DNA of 64,000 bases from a virus (IMGVR_UViG_2757320919_000001:70928-134927); one strand, 5' to 3'. Counted from the first letter of the stretch, positions 39,273 to 49,727 are shown. Program-made: numbers and translations. The notes: generated from the sequence alone by a model not told the origin.

Positions 39273-40715
39273 TTTAACCCATACCCCTTGTCCACAATCC
39301 CATACTTTATGATACCCATTTAGTCTCATATTCTCTGATTCAGTTAAATTTGGATCAAATTTCTCTAACTTATCTTTGAGTTTGTGTTTCATAAATTGTT
39401 GTCTATTGAGCGTTCTACCATTTTTTGTATACATGTAGCCAGGTTTAGAAAAATGACTAAATGTAAATCCTAACTGCTTATATATTTCACCATTAGAATA
39501 TAATCTATCTGAGTAGCTTATTAATGACCCTGGGTTATGTTTATGAAAATAACTAAGTAACTTACTAGCACCACCTATAACATTTGTGTTCTTCTTAGTA
39601 CATAGCCTAATTAACTCCCAGTCATATTTATTAGTAAATCTAGGTTTTCCAAAACTCATTAAACAAACTAGCTCATCTTGGTAATAGAGTCCATAACAAA
39701 TTGAGCTACCAGTGAAGCCTTGAAGATGATTTTTGTTTAGAAACTCTTTCTCTTCTACTTTAGGTACTTCTTTAATAACACATTTTCTAGCCATTATCTT
39801 GTCTGATTTACCTAGTTTATTGTTTATAATTGATTTCCAAATATCTTTATTTTCAATCCAAGATGACTCTAATATTTGTAAAAGTTGAATTCCTTTCTCC
39901 TTACACTTTTCTGTTTTATTTAAGTGATAATTTTTATCTTTAAATTTATCTGAGTGCCAATAAACACCATTACATTCTATTGCTAAATTATGTTCTGGTA
40001 AATAGAAATCTAGTTCTTTATCACCTAGTATTGAGTAGTCATTTTCTATACATTTTGGTAGTATTTCTTTTAATTCTTTTTCAAACATTGTATTATTTGG
40101 ATAACACTCAGGACATAAATTGTTTGATTTTATCAAATTATCGTAAGTTCTATAAAATATATGTCCTTTGTTACATTTAAAGATATTTTTATCAACTATC
40201 TCTAAATTTATATTATTCAATAACGATTTCTTATTATTTTCATCACAAAACTTACAAAATGTTATCCCACTTTTTAGAGTCGGGTAACTCTTTTTAACTA
40301 TATTATTGCATTTGTTACATCTCATATGATTTACATCAATTTTTGTAAAACCACATGATTTGATAAATTCTAGTTTTTCTAATTCATCACATTCTGGGCA
40401 TGATATTACACCCCTTTTAAAGTCTGCTTTATTTCTATTAAATATATGGTTATTTCTACATTGTATCTCTAATTTAGATAATCGTATATCAGTTACAGTA
40501 TAACCTAAATTATTTAATTCTAATAGTAATTTATTATCATCACATGATAAACATTTATTATATTTAAGCATTTGGTTCCAACTTCTTTTTATATTAGAAC
40601 CACATTTATCACATTTTACTTCTAACCCATAATTTAAATTAGAAGAAATGGGGGTAAATCCCCATTCTTTTAACATATTAATTTTATTTTGGTTCAACTC
40701 TAACAAGTTCATCAA
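39267..40715 (-). CDS. Hef-like endonuclease, 4 zinc-ribbon repeats
   Basis: same architecture. Confidence 0.85.
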   Translation of the reverse strand: MMNLLELNQNKINMLKEWGFTPISSNLNYGLEVKCDKCGSNIKRSWNQMLKYNKCLSCDDNKLLLELNNLGYTVTDIRLSKLEIQCRNNHIFNRNKADFKRGVISCPECDELEKLEFIKSCGFTKIDVNHMRCNKCNNIVKKSYPTLKSGITFCKFCDENNKKSLLNNINLEIVDKNIFKCNKGHIFYRTYDNLIKSNNLCPECYPNNTMFEKELKEILPKCIENDYSILGDKELDFYLPEHNLAIECNGVYWHSDKFKDKNYHLNKTEKCKEKGIQLLQILESSWIENKDIWKSIINNKLGKSDKIMARKCVIKEVPKVEEKEFLNKNHLQGFTGSSICYGLYYQDELVCLMSFGKPRFTNKYDWELIRLCTKKNTNVIGGASKLLSYFHKHNPGSLISYSDRLYSNGEIYKQLGFTFSHFSKPGYMYTKNGRTLNRQQFMKHKLKDKLEKFDPNLTESENMRLNGYHKVWDCGQGVWVKS

Positions 40716-41451
40716 TACCAGCCTCTACATGGAAACTAGGTTCTAAAATAGGGATATAATTCCACTTTTTACTAAATGGTATTACTATTGTGCATTGACT
40801 ACCTTTTCTAATATTCCCAAAAATATCCCCTTGTTGATATAAATGGGTATTTGGTTCCCCTCTTGCTGGAACCCATGCTGTTTGGATACAATTGATTTGC
40901 TCGTCAGCTATTTGGACTACAGCATATTTTTCTTGCAATATGGGTGAATATATAATATTTAATAATCTTTCATTACAAAACATATAACCTAACTCTGTTA
41001 GTGCTTTTTTAAAGTTATTTGCAAATAAACCTTCTTCAACAGCTAACATACTTTCATTATTATAACTTTCTGTTGGTAATAATTTTTCGTATGTTAAAAA
41101 ACCATCTGTTGGAATACGATTATAATGAACATCATAATAAGTCATAAACACATCAATAACTAACGCACCACCACGCTCTTTTATTAAATCAAGCATTTCT
41201 TCGTTATTTCCTAACGCATTTCGTAAGGTATATTTTTTCCCTTTTATTTTAAGAACTTCATCATCAATATCATTTACTTGGGTTTGATTAATTATAACAC
41301 CATCAGCTGGGCTTTTAAAGGTACTTGAATCCTTTATAATTGCTCTATGTGGATTCCTATAAAACTGAGTTCTAAAAATTTCAAAATCTTCAAAACTATC
41401 AGCCATGTTTTTTACATGTGTTCTGCACCATTCTCTTAATGATTTAGCCAT
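40684..41451 (-). CDS. psd: phosphatidylserine decarboxylase family (pyruvoyl) enzyme
   Basis: SPADG, FMTYYDVHYNRIP, NER, GNIRKGSQ self-cleavage G-S. Confidence 0.8.
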   Translation of the reverse strand: MAKSLREWCRTHVKNMADSFEDFEIFRTQFYRNPHRAIIKDSSTFKSPADGVIINQTQVNDIDDEVLKIKGKKYTLRNALGNNEEMLDLIKERGGALVIDVFMTYYDVHYNRIPTDGFLTYEKLLPTESYNNESMLAVEEGLFANNFKKALTELGYMFCNERLLNIIYSPILQEKYAVVQIADEQINCIQTAWVPARGEPNTHLYQQGDIFGNIRKGSQCTIVIPFSKKWNYIPILEPSFHVEAGIDELVRVEPK

Positions 41452-41461
41452 TATTACTCCT

Positions 41462-41758
41462 TTACCTTAATATTCCCATTAAAGACTCATCACGAATAAG
41501 CATATATTTTACTTTATCGTTTTTGTGTAAGTCAATACCATGTTGTTTTCCAAAAATAACTGTATCACCTATTTCAATGTCTTTAACTTCTGATCCTATT
41601 TGCAATACTTTTCCTTGTGTTTGTCTATCATCAATAAGTGATGGATGGACAGTTACAATAATGCCACTTTCTGATTTTATCTCAGATGGATATGCAACTT
41701 CTAACAAAACATCATGTGGATGAACAATTTTAAATGAATTTACATCAAAGTTATCCAT
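41462..41758 (-). CDS. groES: co-chaperonin GroES (start MDNFDV)
   Basis: SESGII, GKVLQIG..V..GDTVIF, ESLMGIL. Confidence 0.85.
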   Translation of the reverse strand: MDNFDVNSFKIVHPHDVLLEVAYPSEIKSESGIIVTVHPSLIDDRQTQGKVLQIGSEVKDIEIGDTVIFGKQHGIDLHKNDKVKYMLIRDESLMGILR

Positions 41759-41813
41759 AATCTTCCTTTCATTAATTTTGCGTAAGTGTATAACACTTAC
41801 GCTTAAGAACACC

Positions 41814-42323
41814 TTAATCTATTTCTTTTATTTCAAAAACTATATTTTCAATACCTAATTCTTTTATTTTTGTAAATAACTCATTTGTTATATCTACACT
41901 ACTACCAATTGTACCATTATTTAAATCAGAACCTGGTAATATACAACCTTCAGTATGTTGTGGTGCATTTCCTGTATGGATACGAATAAGTCTATCATTA
42001 AATCCTTCTACCTCATCAGAAACAACCCATATTGCAATATTTGATCCATTATCTGCTTTCCATTCTGGATATTTTTTAGCTAATAATCCATTTTTACTTG
42101 AATTGCACCATTTTAATTTATACTCTCTAGCTACTATTCTCTTATCAGTTCCAGATTCATCAGTACTAGGACCTATATTTTCACAACTAGCACACTTAAA
42201 AATAACATTACCGTTATCATCTAGTAATAATAATTCACCAATTGTAGAATCTTCTATTTTATCACTATTTTGCCATTTTATATCTTTATATTCTTTATTT
42301 CTTTGTAATATTAATTTTGCCAT
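41814..42323 (-). CDS. DUF5675 / L,D-transpeptidase-like protein
   Basis: STIGEL, IRIHTGN..HTEGCILPG. Confidence 0.65.
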   Translation of the reverse strand: MAKLILQRNKEYKDIKWQNSDKIEDSTIGELLLLDDNGNVIFKCASCENIGPSTDESGTDKRIVAREYKLKWCNSSKNGLLAKKYPEWKADNGSNIAIWVVSDEVEGFNDRLIRIHTGNAPQHTEGCILPGSDLNNGTIGSSVDITNELFTKIKELGIENIVFEIKEID

Positions 42324-42325
42324 GT

Positions 42326-42823
42326 TTAATCCTTATTATTTGTTATTTCACTATCAAAATCATCTTTTATATCTTCTAATTTATCCATAAATCCATTTAA
42401 TTGAATTATATTCATGGTATCATCAGAAGTATTTTCTAATATATCAACATCATTATCTTCGTTTATAAATTTAATAGGAATTACTCCTAAATTAACACTA
42501 GTATCACCTAGTGAACAATTTAACTTTATGAAATTACCACTATATTCTGCGTTGATTCCGCTTATTTTTGGACACCAAAATTGAATATAAAATTTATCCT
42601 GCTGTGGAAAATTATTTGAAAACTTTGGGTCTGTTTTTACTTCATGATAATCTTTAATAGTCGAAATTGTTATGATGCTATTATTATAAACTATTTCAAG
42701 ATCATCTATTGAATAACCATAAGCAACAAATCTAATATAGACATTTGATTTAGACTTTTTTACATTATATGTAAAACCAGGAATAACTTCATTTAGTGGA
42801 AATACAACATTACCATAATACAT
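42326..42823 (-). CDS. small heat-shock (Hsp20)-like protein
   Basis: YNV..Y.I....GYSIDDLEI....I.I, F...F, AEY pattern. Confidence 0.55.
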   Translation of the reverse strand: MYYGNVVFPLNEVIPGFTYNVKKSKSNVYIRFVAYGYSIDDLEIVYNNSIITISTIKDYHEVKTDPKFSNNFPQQDKFYIQFWCPKISGINAEYSGNFIKLNCSLGDTSVNLGVIPIKFINEDNDVDILENTSDDTMNIIQLNGFMDKLEDIKDDFDSEITNNKD

Positions 42824-42856
42824 TAATATCCTTGTAAGCTAGGATATTATTCCTAG

Positions 42857-43000
42857 CTATTTTTTAATTATTTCATCTTTTACTGATTCTATTTTATCAC
42901 CAATTTCAGAAGCTTTTTCCTTATTGTTATGATAAACAAAATATCCAGCAACAAAACCTATTAATCCGCCTGCAAAAAATGAAATCATAATTTCTACCAT
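42857..43000 (-). CDS. 47-aa single-pass membrane protein (not in ORF track)
   Basis: MVEIMISFFAGGLIGFVAGYFVY...; AGGAG RBS. Confidence 0.7.
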   Translation of the reverse strand: MVEIMISFFAGGLIGFVAGYFVYHNNKEKASEIGDKIESVKDEIIKK

Positions 43001-43030
43001 ATTTTCTCCTTAATGTTTTATACGAAATAT

Positions 43031-45394
43031 TTATATCTTACTTAAATGTTTAATATATTGTAATGGCAGATAATAATTACCATTCATTTTTTTATATCCT
43101 AGTTCTTTTAGAAAATTTGTAAATGAAAAGTAATCTGTTGTATATTTTATATTTTGTATGTCATTATATGTAAAAATATCTTTTAATCTAATATCTGGAT
43201 ATGTTACACAATATTTTAGAAACTTAGCTCTATGAGATAATTCAAGCAAATTAGATGGATTATTCAGCAAATAGTTTTCCAGAAATTCATTTTTATTTTT
43301 ATTTAGCGTATAAAACTTAAAATTGCGAATATAATTTAAATAATTTTTATCCTTTTTGATAGCACAAATCAATTCATCTTTAATTTTACTGTTTTCAAAT
43401 TCATTTAACTCTATTTCCTTAGATATATCAGCTTGAACTATATTATAATTTACAATACTATCAACTATGTTTATATTACTAAACTGATCTTGTAATAATA
43501 AACAAAATGACATCTTATGGTTTAATTCAATAGTTTCATAATAATAACATAATTTGTTATAAAACTCACTTAAATATTCTAAGTCATCGATTTCAAAAGA
43601 ATCAATAATATTTTTTTCAACTTCAAGTGGAGTAATCATATTTGTAGAACCTTCAACAAAAATATGAATATTCGATGCTAATCTTGATCTTTTTACCATT
43701 TGAATAGATGTGATAGCATCTATACTAGCACTATTATCAAAGTGAAAATGATGACTTATGTTATTCATAATAGAAACACCTACTGTAATGCTAGGCGAAA
43801 ATAAAATACAATCATAATTAACATATTTCTTTTTAAAATATTCTGTAAATATATTATCTCTAATAAATCTGTTTGTATTACTGTTTATAGATATTACTTT
43901 TAAATTACTTTTAATTAAAAGACTCTCAACCGTTTTAAACTCAGATAATGTAGAAAATGACATTGTAACAACTTCATTTCTATTTTTGTTTTTACAAACA
44001 TATTCTAATACTGAAAAGAATGTATTCTTTTTTGTATAAAGGCTAACATTTGTTTGGTCTTTATAGTGGTTTTTTATTCTGCATACATTACTTAAAATAT
44101 TAGAATGATCACTTAAAAATGCATCTAATATTAAAAGGTATTTTGAGTTTAATATATTGTAGAATTTTCTAAGTATATTTAACGCATATGGTGAATCCTC
44201 TATACTAGTTACAATATACATTAATAATGTTTCAAACTCATCTAATATTACATAATCAAAGTAGTCTAGATTTATTTTATGTAACGAGTTTATTTGGCAT
44301 ACATAATTTTCACCATATAATATTTTTTTATCTTCTAGATAATATTTACATCCATATTTTAATGATATATCTTTTGCAAGAGTTTGCCTAACACTAATGA
44401 ATAATATTTTTGATTTATCTTTAATATATTGATTTATTATATTTGATTTACCACTACCCATAGGTGATTTAACACAAACTACTCTAGTATCAGGAATATC
44501 AATATTTTTTATAAATTTTTGGTTTATGTGTATATCAGGTGTGTATTTAAGTGATGATAATATTATTTTACTTTGTTTTTCTTGTAGAAATGCTTTACCA
44601 TCTTTTGTTTTCAAATACTCTTGTAATATGTTTATATTTTTTGATGGGTTTGGATGAAATATAACAAAAGGGTTTGTTTCATACAAACAATATGAATATT
44701 TTGACTTTTTTTCTGAAGGCAAATTTATTGAATAATAACCAACATACTCTTTTATATTTCCTTTTAACTTAGTTTTTATATAATTTAAACACCATTCTAC
44801 TTGTTTATTGGAACAGTTTATTGATGTTGTTTTAGATTGTGATTTTGGTAGAATTGAAAATGGGATACCTATATCGTTTTCATTCTTGTAAAATACTGAT
44901 ACTTTTAAAGATGGTGCTTGATAACTAGAATGTCTTGTGGCTGATTCATCTATTGAACATAATCCTTTTAACTGTTCTTTAAAAAATAATAAAGTGTTTC
45001 TGATGTTTTCATCAGTAGATTTGTAGTCTATCTTGCATATAACTTTTAAATTAAAATTATCAACAAAATTATATGACCTTGAATTACAAATTAAACACTC
45101 CCATTTTGTATTCTTAAAATAATCAATTATTTTTTGAAAATTACCTTTAGTAACTCTATCAAGATCGAGTATAATATACCCACAGTCGTGCAAGTAATCC
45201 ATGTTTTCTCGTTTTCTTTCAAACAATCCATTTGAATGAATAGGGCGACTTAGAATAAAATTTGACTCAATAAGTTGTGCAAATGAGTTTATAGAAGGGC
45301 ATATAACATTTCTAAAATTAACTTTATTATCAATATCAGTTTTTAACACTTTAGTTTTTGATGTATTGTCAATTACTGTAAATATATACTTCAT
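43031..45394 (-). CDS. origin-binding-protein-like SF2 helicase with primase-like N-terminus
   Basis: KSPMGSGKS, ILDEFE, SPSITVGVS, QMVKRSR; N-terminal ILDLD. Confidence 0.7.
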   Translation of the reverse strand: MKYIFTVIDNTSKTKVLKTDIDNKVNFRNVICPSINSFAQLIESNFILSRPIHSNGLFERKRENMDYLHDCGYIILDLDRVTKGNFQKIIDYFKNTKWECLICNSRSYNFVDNFNLKVICKIDYKSTDENIRNTLLFFKEQLKGLCSIDESATRHSSYQAPSLKVSVFYKNENDIGIPFSILPKSQSKTTSINCSNKQVEWCLNYIKTKLKGNIKEYVGYYSINLPSEKKSKYSYCLYETNPFVIFHPNPSKNINILQEYLKTKDGKAFLQEKQSKIILSSLKYTPDIHINQKFIKNIDIPDTRVVCVKSPMGSGKSNIINQYIKDKSKILFISVRQTLAKDISLKYGCKYYLEDKKILYGENYVCQINSLHKINLDYFDYVILDEFETLLMYIVTSIEDSPYALNILRKFYNILNSKYLLILDAFLSDHSNILSNVCRIKNHYKDQTNVSLYTKKNTFFSVLEYVCKNKNRNEVVTMSFSTLSEFKTVESLLIKSNLKVISINSNTNRFIRDNIFTEYFKKKYVNYDCILFSPSITVGVSIMNNISHHFHFDNSASIDAITSIQMVKRSRLASNIHIFVEGSTNMITPLEVEKNIIDSFEIDDLEYLSEFYNKLCYYYETIELNHKMSFCLLLQDQFSNINIVDSIVNYNIVQADISKEIELNEFENSKIKDELICAIKKDKNYLNYIRNFKFYTLNKNKNEFLENYLLNNPSNLLELSHRAKFLKYCVTYPDIRLKDIFTYNDIQNIKYTTDYFSFTNFLKELGYKKMNGNYYLPLQYIKHLSKI

Positions 45395-45449
45395 AAATGT
45401 CCCTTTTATAATTGTTATTATACAATATTGTAGCTTAGATGTAACTTAA

Positions 45450-46985
45450 TTATATATTAACAATTACCTCGTCTATAACATATTGATTTTCATTGTAATA
45501 TTTTAATCTCTCTTCATAATGTTTAAACATATAGTTTTTCTTTGCATATCTTCCTCTAGCGTCATCAACTATATCATACAAATATACAATATTATTTTTT
45601 GTTTCATGTTTTCGTAGCATTCTCCCTATACTTTGATTAATTTTAATATAACTTTTACCAGGCATTGTGGATACAAGATTTTTTAATTTTCTAATATTAA
45701 CCCCAGTACTCATAATAGAAGTAGTGCCAAAAATGATAGCATCATCACAACTTTCCATAATCTGTCTTATAGCCTCTCTATCACTAGCTTTTGTTTCACC
45801 ACTTACAAAAAATATATTATATTTGTTTAATTTTCGTAATTCACTAATTTCAACATCAACACCATGTTTTAATTTACACACTTTTCTAGCTAAGTTTTCA
45901 CCATTAGAAACTCTTGTAAATAACACTATACTATTTCCTTTTTGTGAAACTTTGCATATCAGTTTGGCTATAATGTCATCTCTTTCAGGTATTCCAAGAA
46001 AAAATGATACTTCTTGCTGGTAATTTTTAACGGTTCTAACTATAGAGCTTGTAGCATCATTATATTTTAGTATTATAGGTTTAATCTCCATTTCAGTAGC
46101 TAATCCCATATCAATTAACTCTCTTGGTGTAACATATGTTTTAGCAGTACCTAAAACAGCCATTAAAGATAATTTATCACAATAATTTTGAGGTAATGTC
46201 CCCGTAAATCCAAATCTGTATTTTGCGTTTGTAGCGGATGGAAATATTATACTTTCATGAACATCACTGGCAGCTGTATGACATTCATCTTCAATTATAA
46301 CAGTTATATCTTTAAACAATGAAACATTTCTATACAAACTTTGCCATGTTGATATGTTTAACTTTTTTACAAAGGATACTACTTTGAAATCACCACCCAG
46401 TCTATCAACATATTTGTCTATATCTGTAAAACCATATTCTTTGAAATCAGAATACATTTGATTTAATAACACTACTGATGGAACTATTATAAGAATTTTA
46501 TCATCTGTATTTTTATATTTTTCAATGAACCATCTACATAAAATGTAAATAGTTAATGATTTGCCACTACCAGTTGCCATTACACATATATTGTTTCCAG
46601 TATTAATACTATCAAAAGCAGCTTTTAATTGAAAATCATAAGGTTCAAAAGGTAGTTTAAGTGATTTTACAAACTTATTAAACTCTTCTTCAGTAATTTT
46701 TTCTATTTCATCATCAAAAGATAATTCAAGTTTATATTTTTCATTTAATCGTTTTATAATACCCTTTATGAAACCTTTAGGGACAATTAGATAATCTCCA
46801 CAATCTTTATAAAAATATTTAACACCATCAGAATATCCCATCCTTACAGCTGGTAAGAATTGGGCATTTGGTATTTTAGCTGAGCATAGTTGTTTTATTT
46901 CATCTAAATATAATTGTGTTTCAGAAATTATTTTGTAAGCTGATTCGTTTAGTTTTTCTATTTTTATCAATTCAAATCCTTTCAA
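45450..46985 (-). CDS. uvsW: DNA helicase UvsW
   Basis: PYDFQ, ATGSGKS, DECH, GFTGT, QSIGRMLR. Confidence 0.93.
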   Translation of the reverse strand: MKGFELIKIEKLNESAYKIISETQLYLDEIKQLCSAKIPNAQFLPAVRMGYSDGVKYFYKDCGDYLIVPKGFIKGIIKRLNEKYKLELSFDDEIEKITEEEFNKFVKSLKLPFEPYDFQLKAAFDSINTGNNICVMATGSGKSLTIYILCRWFIEKYKNTDDKILIIVPSVVLLNQMYSDFKEYGFTDIDKYVDRLGGDFKVVSFVKKLNISTWQSLYRNVSLFKDITVIIEDECHTAASDVHESIIFPSATNAKYRFGFTGTLPQNYCDKLSLMAVLGTAKTYVTPRELIDMGLATEMEIKPIILKYNDATSSIVRTVKNYQQEVSFFLGIPERDDIIAKLICKVSQKGNSIVLFTRVSNGENLARKVCKLKHGVDVEISELRKLNKYNIFFVSGETKASDREAIRQIMESCDDAIIFGTTSIMSTGVNIRKLKNLVSTMPGKSYIKINQSIGRMLRKHETKNNIVYLYDIVDDARGRYAKKNYMFKHYEERLKYYNENQYVIDEVIVNI

Positions 46986-47009
46986 TTTTAAATAATTATA
47001 TTCTTTAAT

Positions 47010-47429
47010 TTACCCTTTACCATTTAAAAATTTTTCTATTTCAATATAATTTGATAAATCATATCTTGTTTTGTTTAAATTATCTACACATTTTTCAATA
47101 TACTCCATTATTAATATAGCTGTTGATTTTTTTACACGAATATTACATAATTCATTGTCTTTAGAAATTAAATCTTTAATTTCTGTAACTGTGTAATTAA
47201 TATTGGAGTTTTCTCTATAATGTGAATAAAGCATCATATATTTTTCATTATATTCTTCATCTATTTGTATTACAATATGTTTTAATCTACTCCAATAATT
47301 TAAATATTTAGCAATTGTACCTGATAATGTTGTTAAATGATGCTTTATAGTTGATGGATTCCAGTTTGAATCCATGTCATATTCTTCTATTATTTTTTTA
47401 TGAAAACTTTTCAAATCATCTATTGTCAT
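47010..47429 (-). CDS. uvsY: recombination mediator UvsY-like
   Basis: helical 139 aa adjacent to uvsW; ..KYL..; IE.EKFLNG C-terminus. Confidence 0.7.
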   Translation of the reverse strand: MTIDDLKSFHKKIIEEYDMDSNWNPSTIKHHLTTLSGTIAKYLNYWSRLKHIVIQIDEEYNEKYMMLYSHYRENSNINYTVTEIKDLISKDNELCNIRVKKSTAILIMEYIEKCVDNLNKTRYDLSNYIEIEKFLNGKG

Positions 47430-47430
47430 A

Positions 47431-48156
47431 TCATTTACCTATTAGTTCAACTTTACAGCTTGTGTTAAAATACGGTGTTAAATCACCCCATATTTTTCCT
47501 TTAACTATTAAAGGTCTTTTATAATCTTTTATTTCAAAATTATATATAAATTCATTATCAGAATTTGTTACTTCACATATTATATTAATATAATAGTTTT
47601 CTTTTGTTTGTGCATACAAATATTTTGGTACTTCCACAAATGTTTCGTGACTATTTTTAATTTGTTCAGGTTTTATAATAATATTTTCTTTTATTTCGTT
47701 TTCAAGATTTTGTCTAATTTCATTTTCAACTTCATTTTTTGTAGATGTGTTTTTAGTTATAAAACCATTAAAATATGATTCATATTTATTATTTACAGAT
47801 GTTTTAATATCATCATGTTTTATTTTATACAAAGCTGTTGCTATATAGCATCCATTAGTAGAAGTTGGCACAAATGTAACAATTGGTTTGTTATATTTTA
47901 CATTTTTACCTTTATTGAAAACATATTGTTTTCCTCTGTATTGATAAACTTCAGATTTAACTTGTTGCTGTTCTAGACCATCAATTTGATTATTAAAATG
48001 ATCGATAATATATTCTTTTTCTGAATCAAGATCCTTAGTACAGAATGATAGTTCTATAACAATATTACCTTTATCTTCAATTACAGTTGAATCCATATAA
48101 TTATATGCAAATAAACTTGAAGCTAGAGTTACTATAAAACATAATTTTTTTAACAT
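47431..48156 (-). CDS. exported hypothetical protein
   Basis: signal peptide MLKKLCFIVTLASSLFA. Confidence 0.65.
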   Translation of the reverse strand: MLKKLCFIVTLASSLFAYNYMDSTVIEDKGNIVIELSFCTKDLDSEKEYIIDHFNNQIDGLEQQQVKSEVYQYRGKQYVFNKGKNVKYNKPIVTFVPTSTNGCYIATALYKIKHDDIKTSVNNKYESYFNGFITKNTSTKNEVENEIRQNLENEIKENIIIKPEQIKNSHETFVEVPKYLYAQTKENYYINIICEVTNSDNEFIYNFEIKDYKRPLIVKGKIWGDLTPYFNTSCKVELIGK

Positions 48157-48219
48157 TTTAATCCTTTAATTTATTAGAGGAATTATATCATAATGTATCT
48201 TAAGATAAACTTAACTATA

Positions 48220-48320
48220 ACCCATCTTTGAGGTTTGAGCTACGAGGAAGCTCTTAGGTCTATAACCATTCTAGATTACATTTACCGTTGTCTTAACTAT
48301 CAATCCCCTCAAAAATAGGC
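48220..48320 (-). ncRNA. candidate structured RNA (Y-RNA-like) downstream of TROVE-like gene
   Basis: 14-bp closing stem with 3 G-U pairs valid only on minus strand; internal GAGCT-7nt-AGCTC hairpin. Confidence 0.5.
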
Positions 48321-48327
48321 AATATTA

Positions 48328-49710
48328 TTAAAAGTCATATCGTTCTTTATTTATAGTTTCAAACATTATTTTTTCAGGGTTTAAATCATTAGTTAATAAA
48401 CCTTTTACTATTGAAGGACTAAACCCTGATATTAAACAAGTTCCATTTTCATCTTTTTTCACAGGTACATTTCCACTTCTACCATTAATATTCCAAAAAA
48501 TTAATTCAGGCATTTTATAACCACTATTTTTAAAAGAATCTCTTATGTATTCAAAATTTGTTTTACCTTGTTGAGCTTCGTCAAATTCCATATCACTTAA
48601 AACAACTAGAGCATCAGGTAAATCTTCTTGTGACAAATTATCAGCTTTTGCTTTATTTAGAATTAAATCAAAAGTTTCACAAAAATTAGTATTCATACCC
48701 CAATTAGATTTTTTTATGGATTTATATTTTTCTTTTAAATCATTTCCTTCTATCTTTACCATTTCAGGATTTGCGGAAAAAGTTATAAAATAATCTTTAA
48801 AATCTTTACCATTTCTTTCACTTAAATACATACCTAAAGAAATTGCTATATTTAAAACAGTTGTACTTCCTTGAACTTCTGTATACATGCTTGCAGAAAC
48901 ATCAATTATAGGGAATAGAGTTTTCTTAGAATCTTCCATCCAATCCTTTTGATTTTTCCACATTTCATTTGCTAAAATATCATTTTTAAACATTAATTTA
49001 ATTATTTCATAAGGATATATTGCGGAAGTATTTACTTTTGATTCACCTTTTATCAATGATTCTTGATAATTTTCAAATCTTTCCCTATCATTTCTTTCAA
49101 AAGCATCATTATACTTAGCCATTGCTTTTGAAGGAATTTTTTCATATTCTATTAAGTTCCATTCTTTAGAACACATTTTATTTTCAACAACACAAGTATT
49201 AGAAGACAATAACTTTCTATAATCTTTAGCATTTAATTTTAATAATTTCATCAATTTTTTGGCTAATTTAGATTTACTTGATTTTTCTCTAGGCATCCAC
49301 TTAGCACATAATTGATTATTAAAATCTAGTATTTTAATTAATTCATTTCCTACTAAATCTAATTGTTTATAAGTTATTAAATCATCAAATCTACCTAATT
49401 CAGGAACTTTTCTAATTATTCTTTTATAAATTTCCTTATCATTTTCTGCAATGAAATCTAAAAATCTTTTAAATATTTCTCTTCTTCCTGCACCTTCTCT
49501 TGCATCTCTTGTCCATAACAATATTCTAGAAGTTAATTCCTTATCAATATTAAATGATTCTTTTACTTTTTCAAAAACATTGTCAATATTATTTTCATTA
49601 GTTGTTCCTATAATAAAAAATAAATCTAGAGCTACATTTAATGAAGAGCTTAATGTTAAAGCACCATTTTCTGTATAAGATAAGTTTGATAGAGAATTAA
49701 CAAATTTCAT
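48328..49710 (-). CDS. DUF2828 / TROVE(Ro60)-like vWA protein
   Basis: TENGA..S..LDLFF, RDAREGAG, GRFDDL, AKWMPRE, DVSASM (MIDAS), SDMEFD, FWN. Confidence 0.8.
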   Translation of the reverse strand: MKFVNSLSNLSYTENGALTLSSSLNVALDLFFIIGTTNENNIDNVFEKVKESFNIDKELTSRILLWTRDAREGAGRREIFKRFLDFIAENDKEIYKRIIRKVPELGRFDDLITYKQLDLVGNELIKILDFNNQLCAKWMPREKSSKSKLAKKLMKLLKLNAKDYRKLLSSNTCVVENKMCSKEWNLIEYEKIPSKAMAKYNDAFERNDRERFENYQESLIKGESKVNTSAIYPYEIIKLMFKNDILANEMWKNQKDWMEDSKKTLFPIIDVSASMYTEVQGSTTVLNIAISLGMYLSERNGKDFKDYFITFSANPEMVKIEGNDLKEKYKSIKKSNWGMNTNFCETFDLILNKAKADNLSQEDLPDALVVLSDMEFDEAQQGKTNFEYIRDSFKNSGYKMPELIFWNINGRSGNVPVKKDENGTCLISGFSPSIVKGLLTNDLNPEKIMFETINKERYDF

Positions 49711-49727
49711 TTTCTTTCCTTTATAAA

